Both the position numbers and the translations under genes were made by a program. The notes under the pieces were generated by a model. That model worked only from the letters and a program-made list of their open reading frames with translations. It made no database searches and was not told where the DNA came from. Below, in pieces: positions 12,677 through 25,876 of a stretch of DNA of 64,000 nt. The stretch is taken from the NCBI GenBank assembly GCA_964304625.1, contig OZ199838.1, positions 85,948 to 149,947 on the forward strand, in the 5' to 3' direction. Numbering within the stretch: position 1 is the stretch's first letter; the number at the start of each line of letters is the position of its first letter. The stretch comes from Kudoa neothunni (Eukaryota > Animalia > Cnidaria).

Positions 12677-15600
12677 TCTAGTGTATATAGAGCTCTTGTC
12701 TGTCGGTGTATGTTTATTTCCGCAGGGCGTCCACTGCTTGGTTTTTTTTGTAATTACTTAATTTAAATAAATTAACGTAATTTTTCATGATGTAAAGTAT
12801 GCCCTTAATACTTTTTTATCATGTAGCACGCTACAATGGTAATGATAAAGTATGCGGCACCTAAAAAACGGCGTCTTACACACGTTTTTCCACATTCCTT
12901 TTTTCACAATTGTTTATAATAAAATTAAAGAATATGGAGAGCGAAAACTCAGCTAAAAATAAAAACTTTGAAATTTTAAGAACTTTTTATGCGAACTTTG
13001 TCGGATGCAAGTGTAATCTGCATCTTTTTTCAACAAACATTGAATTTTTTTGTTTCTTCCTTAGTTATTAACTTAAAAGTTAATTATTATTACTATTTAG
13101 ATTTTTTACTATTGACATAAAACAGTTATATCTAAACTAACTTTAAAAATAAATTTAGTGCAAGTTTCACAATAAAATCTCATTTTTTTAATATAAAAAA
13201 ATGCTTTGTGAACTTTCAAATGTAAATATTAATGTAGAAAGGTTTGTTTTAGTTTCTAATTTTTTTAAATTAATTTTGATTTTAAAAATTAAGAAATTAT
13301 TCAGTTTTAATTATTAAAATTCGAAAACCTAATTTTTAAAAACGATACTATTAAATTTTTTACCCTGGCGTATGTCTAAAACACCGAGAAAAATTTGTTA
13401 ACTATATTTTTATTGTTTAATAAGTTTTTTTATACATCAAAAATTCCTAACAACATTTTCGGCAAAATATGCTAATTAAGAATATTTTGAAATGTTAATA
13501 CAATATGTTAACCAAGGTTATTTTTATTAGTATGTATATAATTTACTAAAACTAATAATTTCATATAAAAAACAGTTTTTGGGTTTTTATATTTTTTATA
13601 ACAATATTTTTATGTTTTTGAATGCTATATTAAACACATGTAAGAATTCCACCTAAAAAGTAATGACTGTATAATTAACCCAAAGTTATTTCCTTGTAGG
13701 AACTAAAGGTTGATCTAAACTATAGTGTTGATTAATTGTTAAAAAAACTCATCAGTTCGAAGAAAACTAAGAAAATGCATTTTAATAGCATGTGGTTGTC
13801 TTTTCGTTTTTAAACTATTCACACGTAAACCTGTATAATTGAATTTGATATTATAACGTTTATGTTTGTATGATAACGAATATGAAACGTAACCAATTTA
13901 TGAATGATTATCGGAACAAATTAGAGATTAATTCAATGTTTGTTGAAAAATTCTTGTATTTTATTATGAACAATTATGAAAAAAGAAATGTGGAAAAACG
14001 TGTCTTAGACGGCGTTATTCAGATGCCGCATACTTTACCATTACCCGCTAGTCATTTCTGAACGTTATTTCGAATAGTGGCGTCAAATATTAAATAATTA
14101 ATTGTAAATATATTTGTCTATATTATATATTAAGCATGGGCGATAATACAAATCAATGCAAAAAAAGAACATGATATGCCATGAGCTGTAATAATGATTG
14201 GTTGAAAGAGGAAGAGTTTAAAGATTGGCTTGCTCATGATACCAAAGACAGTAACCCTAGCTACTGTAAATGCTGTAAGATAGTGTCTAAAAATGCGAAC
14301 AAATCAATGCTTTTCAAGCATATAAATACAGCTAAACATTAAAAAAATTATGAGATAGCTAAACGGACTGTTGATATAACCAATTTCGTAAAATCTAATA
14401 AGATGCCAGCAATAGCAGATCAAGCTACCAAAAGTGAACTAGAAATTGTTGCTTATTTCACGGAACACAATATCCCAACCGATTGTATTGATCATTTCCT
14501 TCCCATGTGCAAAATTGCATTCCCCGACAGTAAAATTGTGGAAACGTTGTCAATGAAAAAAACCAAACTTTCATAGATTGTTCAGGATGTTTTAGCTTTT
14601 GAAGAAGATACTTTTATTTCAAATATCTGTAGATCTCAGAAATTTTCATTAATAATTGATGAGAGTACTGACATTTCAATTACACAGGTTTTGGCAGTTG
14701 TAGTTCGATTCTTCGACTATAATAAAGAGAATGTTGTTGACGCTCTGCTAGACACTGTAATTGAAGAAGACGGCAAAACACTCGGTCTCTACAACTCTAT
14801 CAAGAAGCTGTTCGCAGACAAGAATATTCCCATTGAAAACGTCATAGGATTTGGAAGCGATAACTGTACTTCAATGATAGGATATAAAAACAGATTTCGG
14901 AAATTATTAAAAGATGATATACCCTCAGTTTTCATTATGGGATGTGTCTGCTATTCAATCGTCTTGTGTACGAGTAATGCAGTGAAGTATCTTCCGCCAT
15001 ATTTAGAAGCATTTCTGAAGAAAATAATTTCTTATTTCTCACGGAGCAGTAAGAGACAAAGAGACTTCTCTCTAATTCAGAAGACTATCAATACTTCATG
15101 TCACAAAATTTCAAAATTATCGCAAAGAAAGTAGCTGTCGCGAGAGAATGACATTTCATTTGTGCTAGACCAGTATAGCGTAATATTGTTATATTTTCAA
15201 GGCAAAGAAAAAATCAACAAAATCGATGGTGCTGGTGAAATATACAAAATTTTCAGGAATAATTTTACGAAGCCAATCTTACTCTTCCTTCAATACGTTC
15301 TGAGAAAGATCAATAAATTAAATTGTAAATTTCAGGTTGCATGTTTCGTATACCATGATATATATCGTCGGAATATAAGAATCTTTTGAGTTTTTCTATC
15401 AATGATGTGGTTCTATATTCAATGAAATTATCCGAAATTGACCCCTTAAATATTCATTATTACAAACCAGCCACAGAAATATACTTTGGTGGAAATGTGA
15501 CAGCATACTTAATCAATAACCCTTTAGATTCTGTAATGGAGATAGGATTTAAGCGTAATTATTTGAGATTTCTTGGTGAATTATGTGACCATATAAAAAG

Positions 15601-18168
15601 CCGATTTTTCATGAACGAAAACAATCCAATTGCAAACTTTAATACACATGAATCTATTATATCTCGAGATGTAACCTTGTCACCTTTACCTGTTATACCA
15701 CTAACTGCTCATTTTCCTCAACTTGTACCTGAAGAAAATTAAAACGAGCTTGATGATCAATGGTGAAGTTATCGTCTGGTTGTTAACAAACTGTCAATTC
15801 CTTTTGACATTATCCCCCGATATTGGTGTATGGTAAAAGAAATAAAGGATGACTTTAACATTTCAAAATTCGGAATTTTAACTGATTTTATGGTGAACTT
15901 AACCATTATGCCACATTCCGCTGCTAACGTCGAAAGAATTTTTTATTGGATGAACTCAATTAAAACCAAGCAAACCAACTCTCTAAAGGCTGATGCCGTC
16001 AAGTACAAATTAGTTGCAAAACAACTCATCAGAAGAAACGGTAATACGTGTGTAACATGAAAACCAAGCAATAACTTGATAAATAATATCACCAGTGGCG
16101 CTGTTTACCGACATCATCATGAACGACAGAGAAAACACGATAAAAAGGCCCAAAATTTAATTGTGATGATGATAACACAGCTGTATATACGGGTGACGAT
16201 TAAACATTATATTAGAGGAAATTTTATTTTTTTATTTTATGTTCAACTAGCGTTTTTCTTTATCTTGGGTTTTTTCAAAACCTCACTGGACGCCCTGTGT
16301 GTTTGCAGCAGTACGCATGTTCCATGGAGAATCTTTTTGTAAATACAGCTTTTAGTTTGCAATTGAATAGATGATAACATTAAGAAAAATCGTTCATTTG
16401 CTTAGAAGTACTAATAAAATAAATGCCACAGTCCGAAGTAGGGAATTTCCTGGTTATCTTCATCAATTATCAGGTTAAAATGTACTTGCATAATATTGAA
16501 GGTTGTTTACTTCAGAGTAATAATCAATAAGAACGAACTTTTAATCACTATACACAAAGAGAATCTGCTAATTATGATATAGAATTTGTTAGAAATGTTA
16601 CATATGCCTGCTTGGAGTAATTTTAAGACAGATAGTGTCACTACAGCCATATTTATAAGAGATGTAGCATTCCCCTTGAAATTTTAAGCGTAACCAAATT
16701 ATTTAGAATGTATTTTCACTTTTCAAGCGTTATGGATATAGTTAAGCGAAAATGATTTTGATCATTTTAAATAAAACACATAATTTGAGATTATAAGTTG
16801 TTACTACGTTGGAATTATTTGGGTTTCTACAAAAGTTCTAAAAACGATGTAAGATGTGTGTAGAGTTTTCAAATAATTAAAATTTTATGGTAACTTCTTA
16901 AATGAAAATTTCTTTGTATCAAACATATCTATTAAGAATGAAATTATATTCGTCTTTTCAATACGTTTTTACTCATTTTATTGTTTTCCTAAACTTTCTT
17001 GCGAAACATCTAGCATAACTAATTCGATAAGGTTTTATATTTAATGAGATAATTTTTTAAATGATGTTTAAGTTCTTAATAACCTAATTATTCCTTACAC
17101 CCATACCTTAAGTTTAATATTCAAATCAATATACAATTTTCTTTCGTTAAAAATAATTCATTGATATACTAGCTGCAAGAAAATATGCGACACCGCATTC
17201 TATACGTAGTTTAAGAATTTATATTCACGATTACTTTTGCACAAAATACAGTCCCTTCTCAATCCCAACACGTGTCATATAATTAATAAGAAATTATTGA
17301 TCTATTCGATCTAACCGATATTTTCATAAATTTTTCGTTAATCTAAGGATAGTTCAATATAAAGAAAATTTTTGGGGCAATCAAACAAGACGTTTATTGT
17401 CAAAAGGGTGCTTTCCTTCGGGAAAACCGGTTGATATTAAGCAGTATGGTAATTTCCCAAACCAAAAACACCTTTACAATTTAGATTTAATTGTATTTTG
17501 TTAATTAAATTTGTATATTTATGAACCAGTGAGTATTTTTGTTAAAAAATGTGCTAATAACGAATGTATAATTTTCCGCTCACAGATTATTAAAACATCA
17601 TTGACATCCTTTACAAAATCAAAAAAGAATGATTAACAATTAATATTTATATTTCTGACGCATTTTAGGTCGATTTTATTTTTTTATCGATTGTAGACTA
17701 ATAATAAATTCTATAATTAGACGGATTAATTTTTATCGTAAAATTTTGAAAATAACTGTAAGTCCTATTTAAGTTATTTAATGATTTTGTTTCACAAAAA
17801 ACTGAACTTTAATCGCTAATTACATTTCTCTTAAAATTAAGGTCATCATAGTTTTGGTCAATAATTTGTAAAATAAACTTTAAAATATTCATTAATTTCT
17901 CTCCATACCTCTATATATTTGAATGGAAAGTGTTCGCATAATTTCTTTTATCTAAATTATCACATTGCAAAAATAATGGCAAGCTTTAAAATGCATAAAT
18001 TAAAATAGAAAAATAAAATTAAAAGTTAACAATTTCCATCACACTGTACCAGGCAAAACTAGGCATTAGCGCTATTCACTTGAAAATCAAATAGGCTTTA
18101 GTCTGCGCCAGGTGTTAGCTTATTTGGCTGGAAAAGGACACCCTCGCGAAGCGGGGCTTTTGCGCTAG
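12677..18168 (+). mobile_element. Non-autonomous Helitron (same family as 7133-8248), interrupted by a hAT insertion
   Basis: A|TCTAG start and tgtc..tgtatg 5' motif. The body after 16298 is collinear with 7165-8248 plus ~780 bp extra. There are two stacked 3' ends, the last being ccctcgcgaagcgggg hairpin + CTAG|T at 18168. Confidence 0.65.
12723..16297 (+). mobile_element. Full-length hAT transposon with decayed transposase (BED-like finger, DDE, dimerisation domain)
   Basis: TIRs cagggcgtccactg / cagggcgtccagtg (13/14). Transposase 14137-16150 has YCKCC..KH, FSLIIDESTD, GFGSDNCTSMIG, CVCYS and PHSAANVERIF..MNSIKT. In-frame stops are present and the TSD is not cleanly preserved. Confidence 0.93.
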
Positions 18169-19019
18169 TCTTTGATAAGTCAGTTAATGCAATAAAGTTA
18201 TTAGAGAACATAATTAGAAGTCATAAAGTTGAGCTTATTGATTCTTTCCTTGAAACATGTATCTTACATTAAATATTTATATTATATTTGATTTTAGATA
18301 GAAAAATAATCAAAAACTGTGAAAATACCGTTTATATGTTATGAAAAATAGGACCTCAAAAAAGATAGTGAATTCGACTCGATACATCCCGTGAATTTTC
18401 AAAAGTTGCAACCGAGAATACTGAAGAATTGATCCATTCTGAGAACATCGGAAGCATTATGAATGAAATCGATTTCCCCTCCACCCCAAACACTTCTCCG
18501 TTCAATGGTTATAAATAATAATTATCATTTTAATTTAGTTTAGTTTTAGACTTGGAATTGCTATCCAAAGTAAAATCGGTAGGAAGGAACCTAACTGTGA
18601 TTGGTGTCAGAAAGAGAAAAAAACAAAAATATACTAAATAAAAATTTGTCTTACATATTTATGCTCGTTTAAAACATATTTATTCTTTCGAATAGACAAA
18701 TTGGTCTTATCAATTAAGATAAACTGCTAATATTGCGCCGTTATTCGGAAGCACTTTAGTTTCGCCAGTATAATTCGAATGCTAATTTTTAATATACTTT
18801 ATTAGGAATATAAAAGCATCTATTATTAGCATCGTTATTCTTTATCTATTAGGTAAACTAAATAATAATTGCTTATGTATTAAGATTTAGGGGCGTTTAT
18901 AAGGCAATCTATATAACAAGTGTGTATATGTCTATAAATTTTTCAAATCAACTGCTTTTTATGGATTATGTTAATATATAAAATTCAATTAAATTCTATC
19001 AGTTAATTTTAGAGATATT

Positions 19020-20460
19020 AACTGCCCCTGAAATAGCCACTGCCATTTATCTTTAGGATCAGCTAAAACGAAAATTTTTAACCCGTACTTTTCTGATTTA
19101 AAGAGTATATATTGCATTAATGAAATTCTTCCTTTAAATGCAACTAATTGTTCATCCACCATGATATCCTCATTAGGAACAAAACAAAGTGACAAAATTC
19201 TAGACCAGGTTGTTCAAATTACACGAATTTAAACCAAACTTATCGTTAAACCTTGATTCTCTGATATTACGATCACCGACATGGGGGAGGCCTTGATATA
19301 TGTTTGAATCGCCGATGAGAGAAAAGTTTCCGGTAGATTTCACTGCCTTTTCTCAAGTTGAAAAGCTCGGATAGGGGCTTCCCTCTGTCTTTACGAATAG
19401 CCATTAAGATGAGCATTCCCAAATACCATAGAAATTCAACATAATCCACGTCCTCCCAGTTTTCTTTGAAGAATTATTTTCCAGCAATATTTGTATTTTT
19501 TATAATTTCATCGCACATATCCCCTGTAAAAAATATATTAAAACAGTCAGAAATATTTTTCACATATTTCAAACAATAATTTGTAGGTCCAGGGTGAGAG
19601 TTCATAATATTTTCGACGGTGGTTTTTGACGGAGAAGGCTTGGTTAGACTCCAAATTAACCCACTCTTACTTGTTGTATTATCATCAAGATTGTCTACTT
19701 CAAATACAGAACTGTAACTTTCTGAATATCCTGATTGGCTGCAATCAAATTCAAAATCAAACGTTTGGTATTCATCGCAGTACCCCATTCCTCCACTCGT
19801 TGCATTTGCTTCATACGCGCAATCACGTGACGATAAATATTATTTAAAGGGAACGATTTTTTAACCAACTCAAAACCTAACAAAGGTTAAAACCCTTGAG
19901 TTTAATTAAAAATAAATTAAATATACCTCTCAAGAACTTAAAAAATTTTCCTTAAAAATATTATTTATTTTTATTACTTTCTGACATTTTTTAAACTAAT
20001 TATTAAATATATTAAACGTTATTTTAAACTATGAGAATCGCTGAAATTCTAAAAGAATTGAAAATTCGTAAAAAAAGTTATGTAAGGATTAACTTTCATC
20101 TGGAGTCTAAAAGACCCCCAAGATCGATAGAGGGGAAAAGGTATTAATGTAGATTAAATAATATATATTAATTACTATTTTATAAAAATTGAGTCCATAT
20201 AATTCGAACAACAATACTAATTCACTTTAAAACAACTTTTTTAGTAATCTCGTTAAATAAAAATTTGAGCCCAAATGATCCCAAAAGATCCCAAAGACTT
20301 CCGAAGATAAAAACATTTTTCATACTATTATTGTACGATTTTTTCCCTTAATTTTATTATTATATATCGTGAAAAAAAATTAGGAAAAAATGTCAAAAAC
20401 AGAGAAATATTGGTGTTTATTATGCTTTGGGGTCAAATTGACTCCAAACTAATCGGAAGG
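19020..20460 (-). mobile_element. piggyBac transposon, 3'-truncated
   Basis: SKSGLIWS..NIMNSHPGPT..CFNIFF..IIKNTN, then IMVDEQLVAFKGR..QYI..KYGLKIFVLAD. The right end tcggaagg|TTAA is preceded by GGGGTC-n5-GAC(T/C)CC subterminal palindromes. The left boundary is approximate. Confidence 0.85.
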
Positions 20461-20604
20461 TTAATAGCTATTGTGCTTATTTAATAATATTAATTAAGCT
20501 TGTTTTAATCTTATTTAGCCAATGAACTATTGAGTTAATATTTTTATGTGCATTTGATAATCCATCTTCGTATCAATTTTTGTTATTAGAATTGTCTGCC
20601 ATAA

Positions 20605-22096
20605 ATGAGTTTATTTTTATTAAAGATATGTTTTGTGCTTTATTTTCCAAATTTTTTGTCAGGTAAAAAATTTTTTCTTCCATATTGATAATTTTTTAGA
20701 TCCAATATTACCCTCTTATGAAAGAGATGAAGGAGATTGGCCTGTGGATGTGCAAAGGAATATGAACAATGTTATCGATCGATGGTTCATTGACATACAA
20801 GATGCTAAATGCAAACCTCTCGAATATCGTGGAATCAACGGAAACTATAACAATTTTGCCTCAAAAGGACTATGTGAACTTTATGGTATTTTTTCTAAAT
20901 TAATGCAAATTTATTACCACTTCTTGTAGGACAGTTGACAAAAAAAGAAAAACTTGAAGGGTGCAAAAAACCTTATCATCCAGGACACTGTGTAAAAAAC
21001 ACCTCAACAAAGGATCAGTTCTATTTTGATCAAACAAAAGCCGATTGTGTTTCTTTCCAATATAATGGATGTGGAGGAAGCTTCAATCGTTACAATGATA
21101 AAGAAGAATGCATGTTATACTGCTTAAGTAAAAAAATATAAAAATTTCTTTAGAATTAGATCATATTTTGTAGATAAAAGGAATGGCGGGCTTACAAATG
21201 CTGATGATGAAAAAATAAAAAAAAGTTGATGCAGACTCAATTTACCAAGTACCGAATACATTGGACTGCGAGCTTAGACCTGATGTTAAAGACAAAGACC
21301 CAAGCACTTCAATTATTGCTGATATTAAGAAAAATAAGTGTGCTCTTGCAGCAGTCTCATTAGACACAAATACAAGAGGGATCTTCAAATCGTTTGGTGA
21401 ATGTGTTAAAAAATGTTTTCGTATATTTATTATTTATATCATTATCTAATATATTTTAGCAAAGGCGAGTACAGATAAGGGGTGATGGTGTAACTGAATT
21501 TAATAAGATAGCAGCTGCATGCGAAGGTGGTCCATTTCAAGTTGCATTATCTAACCCAATAAACCCAAAAAATGGTGAGGTTGTGTTCCGATACTACTAT
21601 CACACCGTAGAAAAAGTTTGTAAACGCATGGAAACAAAAGAATCCACATTTGATTCTACTAAAAATAATTTTTCCAACTATGGAAATGTGTCATAGCTAT
21701 TGCGGAGCAGGTACGCATGTTAATTCCTGTTAAAAAATTGAAATTATATAAAAGTTTCTATTATATTGTGTTTATAAACTATTTATAAGTTTGAAATAAA
21801 TTTAGAGAATTACCAAAAGAAAATTGTGATCGAAGAAACTTGCGTTCAAATCAAACAGGGTGTTGCGGCTGACGAACAAAACTCATTTAAAGTCAAAAGA
21901 TATTATTATGACCGATTCTCATAATAAATGCAAAGCTTTTTATTATAAGGGATATGATGGGAACTCTAATAATTTTAAAACGGGAGATGAATGCAAAACG
22001 ATCTGTGGTGGCCATTACAACCAAGGAGTACCTGTTGATGTAGACAATAATGTAAAACAGTTCATGACTAAAATCGTATCGCATTTTCATATTTAA
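20605..22096 (+). CDS. Secreted multi-domain (5x) Kunitz/BPTI-type protein, multi-exon
   Basis: ATG at 20605 encodes a signal-like MSLFLLKICFVLYFPNFLS followed by a short GT-AG intron. Five Kunitz-like repeats follow (RWFID..CKPLEYRG.NGNYNNF; FYFD..CVSFQYNGCGGSFNRY..EECMLYC; RYYY..C..NNF; CKAFYYKGYDGNSNNFKTGDECKTIC). Four apparent +1 frameshifts lie in base runs. Confidence 0.88.
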
Positions 22097-23989
22097 ATCA
22101 TTATAAATCTTATAAATCAAGTTTATACGTCTCGAATTTTCATATAAATTATCGCATACGATCATTTGAAATTGAATATACTTCATACCAATTATTTAGT
22201 AGACTTTTAATGTTATATGTGTATGTTTTTTACATGTTATATTCCATTTGAACTCGCCCACTTTTGAGATTCTCTTTGAGCGCCATTATATTATCTATCG
22301 CTTGATTTTTTAAGCCTTAATTTTTTTGAAAATATCAAGAAAATTATAAAATATAGCATGTTCTTTTATAATGTTACTTAGTTACATTATTTTCTGCTGC
22401 CTAATAATTGTAACGCTATGTTAATTCTCACCATGAAAAAAATAATTCAAAATAAATAAAGTAAAATATAAAAACTTCAATATAATTTATTTATTATATA
22501 AATACAGAGGTAAATATATGTAAGAAAATTTCTAAAATTTAAGGAAATATGAACAGAAATCAACTATCTTAAAGACGATAAACCACGAGATAATTGTGTA
22601 TTTAAAATAAAATTAGTTCGAATTGTCATTCAAAGTATACAATATAAATCTGAATGAATGAAGAATCAGCCTCTAACTCAACGATGATAAGACTTTACTT
22701 ATTTAGTATTCCCATTCTCATGAATAAAAAATAAGTTAAGGTTAGAAATAGCGTTTCGGTTCAGGCTAACTTTGATTTTTAAATCCCACAAAATTAATTC
22801 TGCTAGAAATATGTTTTTTTATGATTATCGAAGCTTCAATAAACTTTAAGGAAATGAATTAATCAATAACTATAAAAATTAAATTACTTTGAGTTTAATT
22901 TCGATATCTTTGGAGTTTTATATATTTTGATTTTAGGGGCTGCGAAACTGTTTTGAGGACAAATTTATAAAAATGATCTGAATAAAAGAATATTAATTTA
23001 AATAGTAAAAATTAATTTTCGTAATTTATTATCGAGTTATACAGTTATTGCTAATTTTTAATGATAACCGTAAATTGATCTTAACTTATGCTGCGCTTAT
23101 CTCAGTGGTTAAAATTGCATTATAAAAAGGTTTATTAAATCTATCCCCTAGAATACATGAAAGTATACATCTATTTTTTCATTTTTGAAACATTTTCGGC
23201 TATGATAAATTATTCCTAATACCATCCAAAGCCGAGCAATTCGCGCTAGAAACCTATAATACTACTTGTATTCTCGGAACTTGTGAGACAAAATTATCTT
23301 TTGAATATGACAAATATATCATAATATTAATTTATTTACCCTAATAATAATTTTAATTTTGTCTTTAAAATTAAGAAAATTTTTTAAAGTCAATTAATTA
23401 TTACATCTATACGTAACACTTTTCTAAACAAACGTCGACATTGTTCGTATGCAGATAGTTGTATTGGTATGTTTTTGTTATATTATTTTGAACCAATTAA
23501 GAACGAATGACGGAAAACGGAAGGAAAATAAAAGCCAATCTTCAATAAGCCATTTTAATAAATCATGAGGCTGAGATTATTCTTTCACAAATTTAGACAA
23601 CATAATAATGCATGTTGTATATAACGCTAATCTAGTAAAGTTCAAATTCAACATTGCGAGATATGGTAAAACAACCCATTCATCTGAATATTTAAAGCAC
23701 TCAAGCTAGTTCATAAGAAGAAATATAAAAAAAATGAAAATTTGTTTGTCAAAGTGACTAATGTTAAAAAAATTGTATATGGAAAAGAAGAAACGACGAG
23801 TGTCAACTTATATGTATCTTGTTGAATAACAACGACATCAGATGTGGTCCCCATATCAAAAAGAACGAAGATCCTTATACTTTACGATAGTTAGCTCATG
23901 AATTGGCTGATAGATAATCCTATTTTTAAATTGTTATATTAGATGAAAGAGTATATTCATATAAAAGACAATATTTTCCAACGATTTTG

Positions 23990-25334
23990 ATGATTTTATT
24001 TATCATTAAAAATGTGACTTTAAACTTTTATTGTTTGGTGACAAATTGTATATTTTAGGTTAAATCCTATTTTGTGAAATATGCATTCACGTTTTTGTGT
24101 ATTTTTCTTGTAATATGCATGATCAAGTACAATATTTTCAATATAAGTAGTGAAATTATCTAGAGTAATTGTTTCTTATCTATTCCTAGAATTATCGTAT
24201 TATTGGGAGCCTAAAGTGGTACAAGTTAGTTGTTTCGAACAACCTCTATGTATACAGAATATCGATAAAAAAATCATGTGATTATTTAGTTACATCAATA
24301 TCTATAAATCTGAACGATATTTCTATTGAAGAAGTCGAAAATTTATTTAAAGAAAAATATAAACATAGACTTAACAAAAACGGAATTTTAGGGAATACGG
24401 AATGTGGAAAAGAAAAAGTAAAAATATATTGTCACATTATAATACATTTATTTTATTAGGTTGCTATTATTGTCCCGTTCAAAAATAGACACAAACAAAT
24501 GGGTGTGTTTTTGAGGCACATGCACCCATTCCTCCAAAAGCAAGATATTAATTATAGGATTTTTCTAGTGAATCAAGTAAAAAATATAAAGGTTGAAACT
24601 ATATTTTGAGAATATAATTAGACCAACGACCACCCATTTAACAAAGCTCTATTGTTAAATGTGGGATATCTGGAAAGTTTAAAATTAGGAAAATATGAAT
24701 GTTTCATTTTTGCAGACATTGATTTGTTGCCCGAAAATGAGTTCAACCGATATGATTGTTCCAATTCACCTGAACATTTTACCCAAAATATTAAATCGAA
24801 TAATTACCAGTATTTTTATATCTATTACAATTAATACTTATAATATTTATAAGAATTTATTATGAAACATATTTCGGTGGAGTGGTAGGATTGTCACGAG
24901 AACACTTTGAAAAAGTGAATGGATTCTCTAATATTTTTTGGGGTTGGGGTGGTGAAGATGATGATCTATATAATCGGTAAGATAATGCCTCAGTTAATAG
25001 AAAAATAATTTAAATTTAGCATAATATCTAATGGATTTCGTTTATACAGGAAAAATCCATTATTAACACGTTACATTGATAATGTGAGGTATCACACCAG
25101 ACATAGTGGTAAAAATCCCAAGAGGTAATAAAATGTTATAATTGTCATTATTTAATAATTATATGAAGGCTTAATATTTTAAATGAGATGAAAAATCTTG
25201 GGAATAAATCTGGATTGAATAATATTATATATAATATAACATCAATTAAAGAATATATGCTATTCACCGAAATAAATGTTGATATAGAAGCCACATATAA
25301 GGATTATCTAACCAACTGGGCTCCTTTATTCTGA
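23990..25334 (+). CDS. Beta-1,4-galactosyltransferase (GT7 family, B4GALT1-6-like), multi-exon type II membrane protein
   Basis: N-terminal TM (YAFTFLCIFLVICMI), VAIIVPFKNR, FNKALLLNVGY, DIDL (DXD), YFGGV and NGFSNIFWGWGGEDDDLYNR. Short GT-AG introns, stop TGA at 25332-25334. The start codon is inferred by splicing. Confidence 0.9.
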
Positions 25335-25465
25335 TGGCTGGTTATCATATTATGTTCAGTTGTTCATTTTTTTTTGTATTCTTTAAAAAATAACATACAT
25401 AACAAAAGTATAACAAGAAATAATTTTGAGGATAATTTCTAATGTTCGTGGAATTTATTGCTTAA

Positions 25466-25729
25466 CATGTTTACGTACGCCTAGGATGTAACTGACCCCT
25501 TTTTATTCATTGTTTCGTAAATTGTAGTACTCTCGATATATTAAGAAATAACAAAATCTCTCTTGTTGTCTACATACTTTTTTTAAGTTTTTCTTATTAT
25601 TTCTGACATCTAATAACTTATACAAAAATTTATATTTCAACATAGATAAAAACCAAATTTTCGTGCATAACAAGGTCCAATGTACCCTATTGTGCAGCAA
25701 TGTAATATTTTTGTACGTACGTACTAATG
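25466..25729. mobile_element. piggyBac-derived MITE
   Basis: TTAA flanks, TIRs catgtttacgtacg / cattagtacgtacg (11/14), and a subterminal ggtccaatgtaccc similar to the 8442 element. Confidence 0.6.
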
Positions 25730-25876
25730 TTAAAATATCTGTGTGTATGGAATCATTATGTCACATCTGAATGACTTGGTATACTCAGTAGAACGCAACT
25801 CATATAAAATACATAAATTAACTTAAAAGATATGAATTTTTATATGTTTTAAAACATTTTTTGATATAATCGCGGA

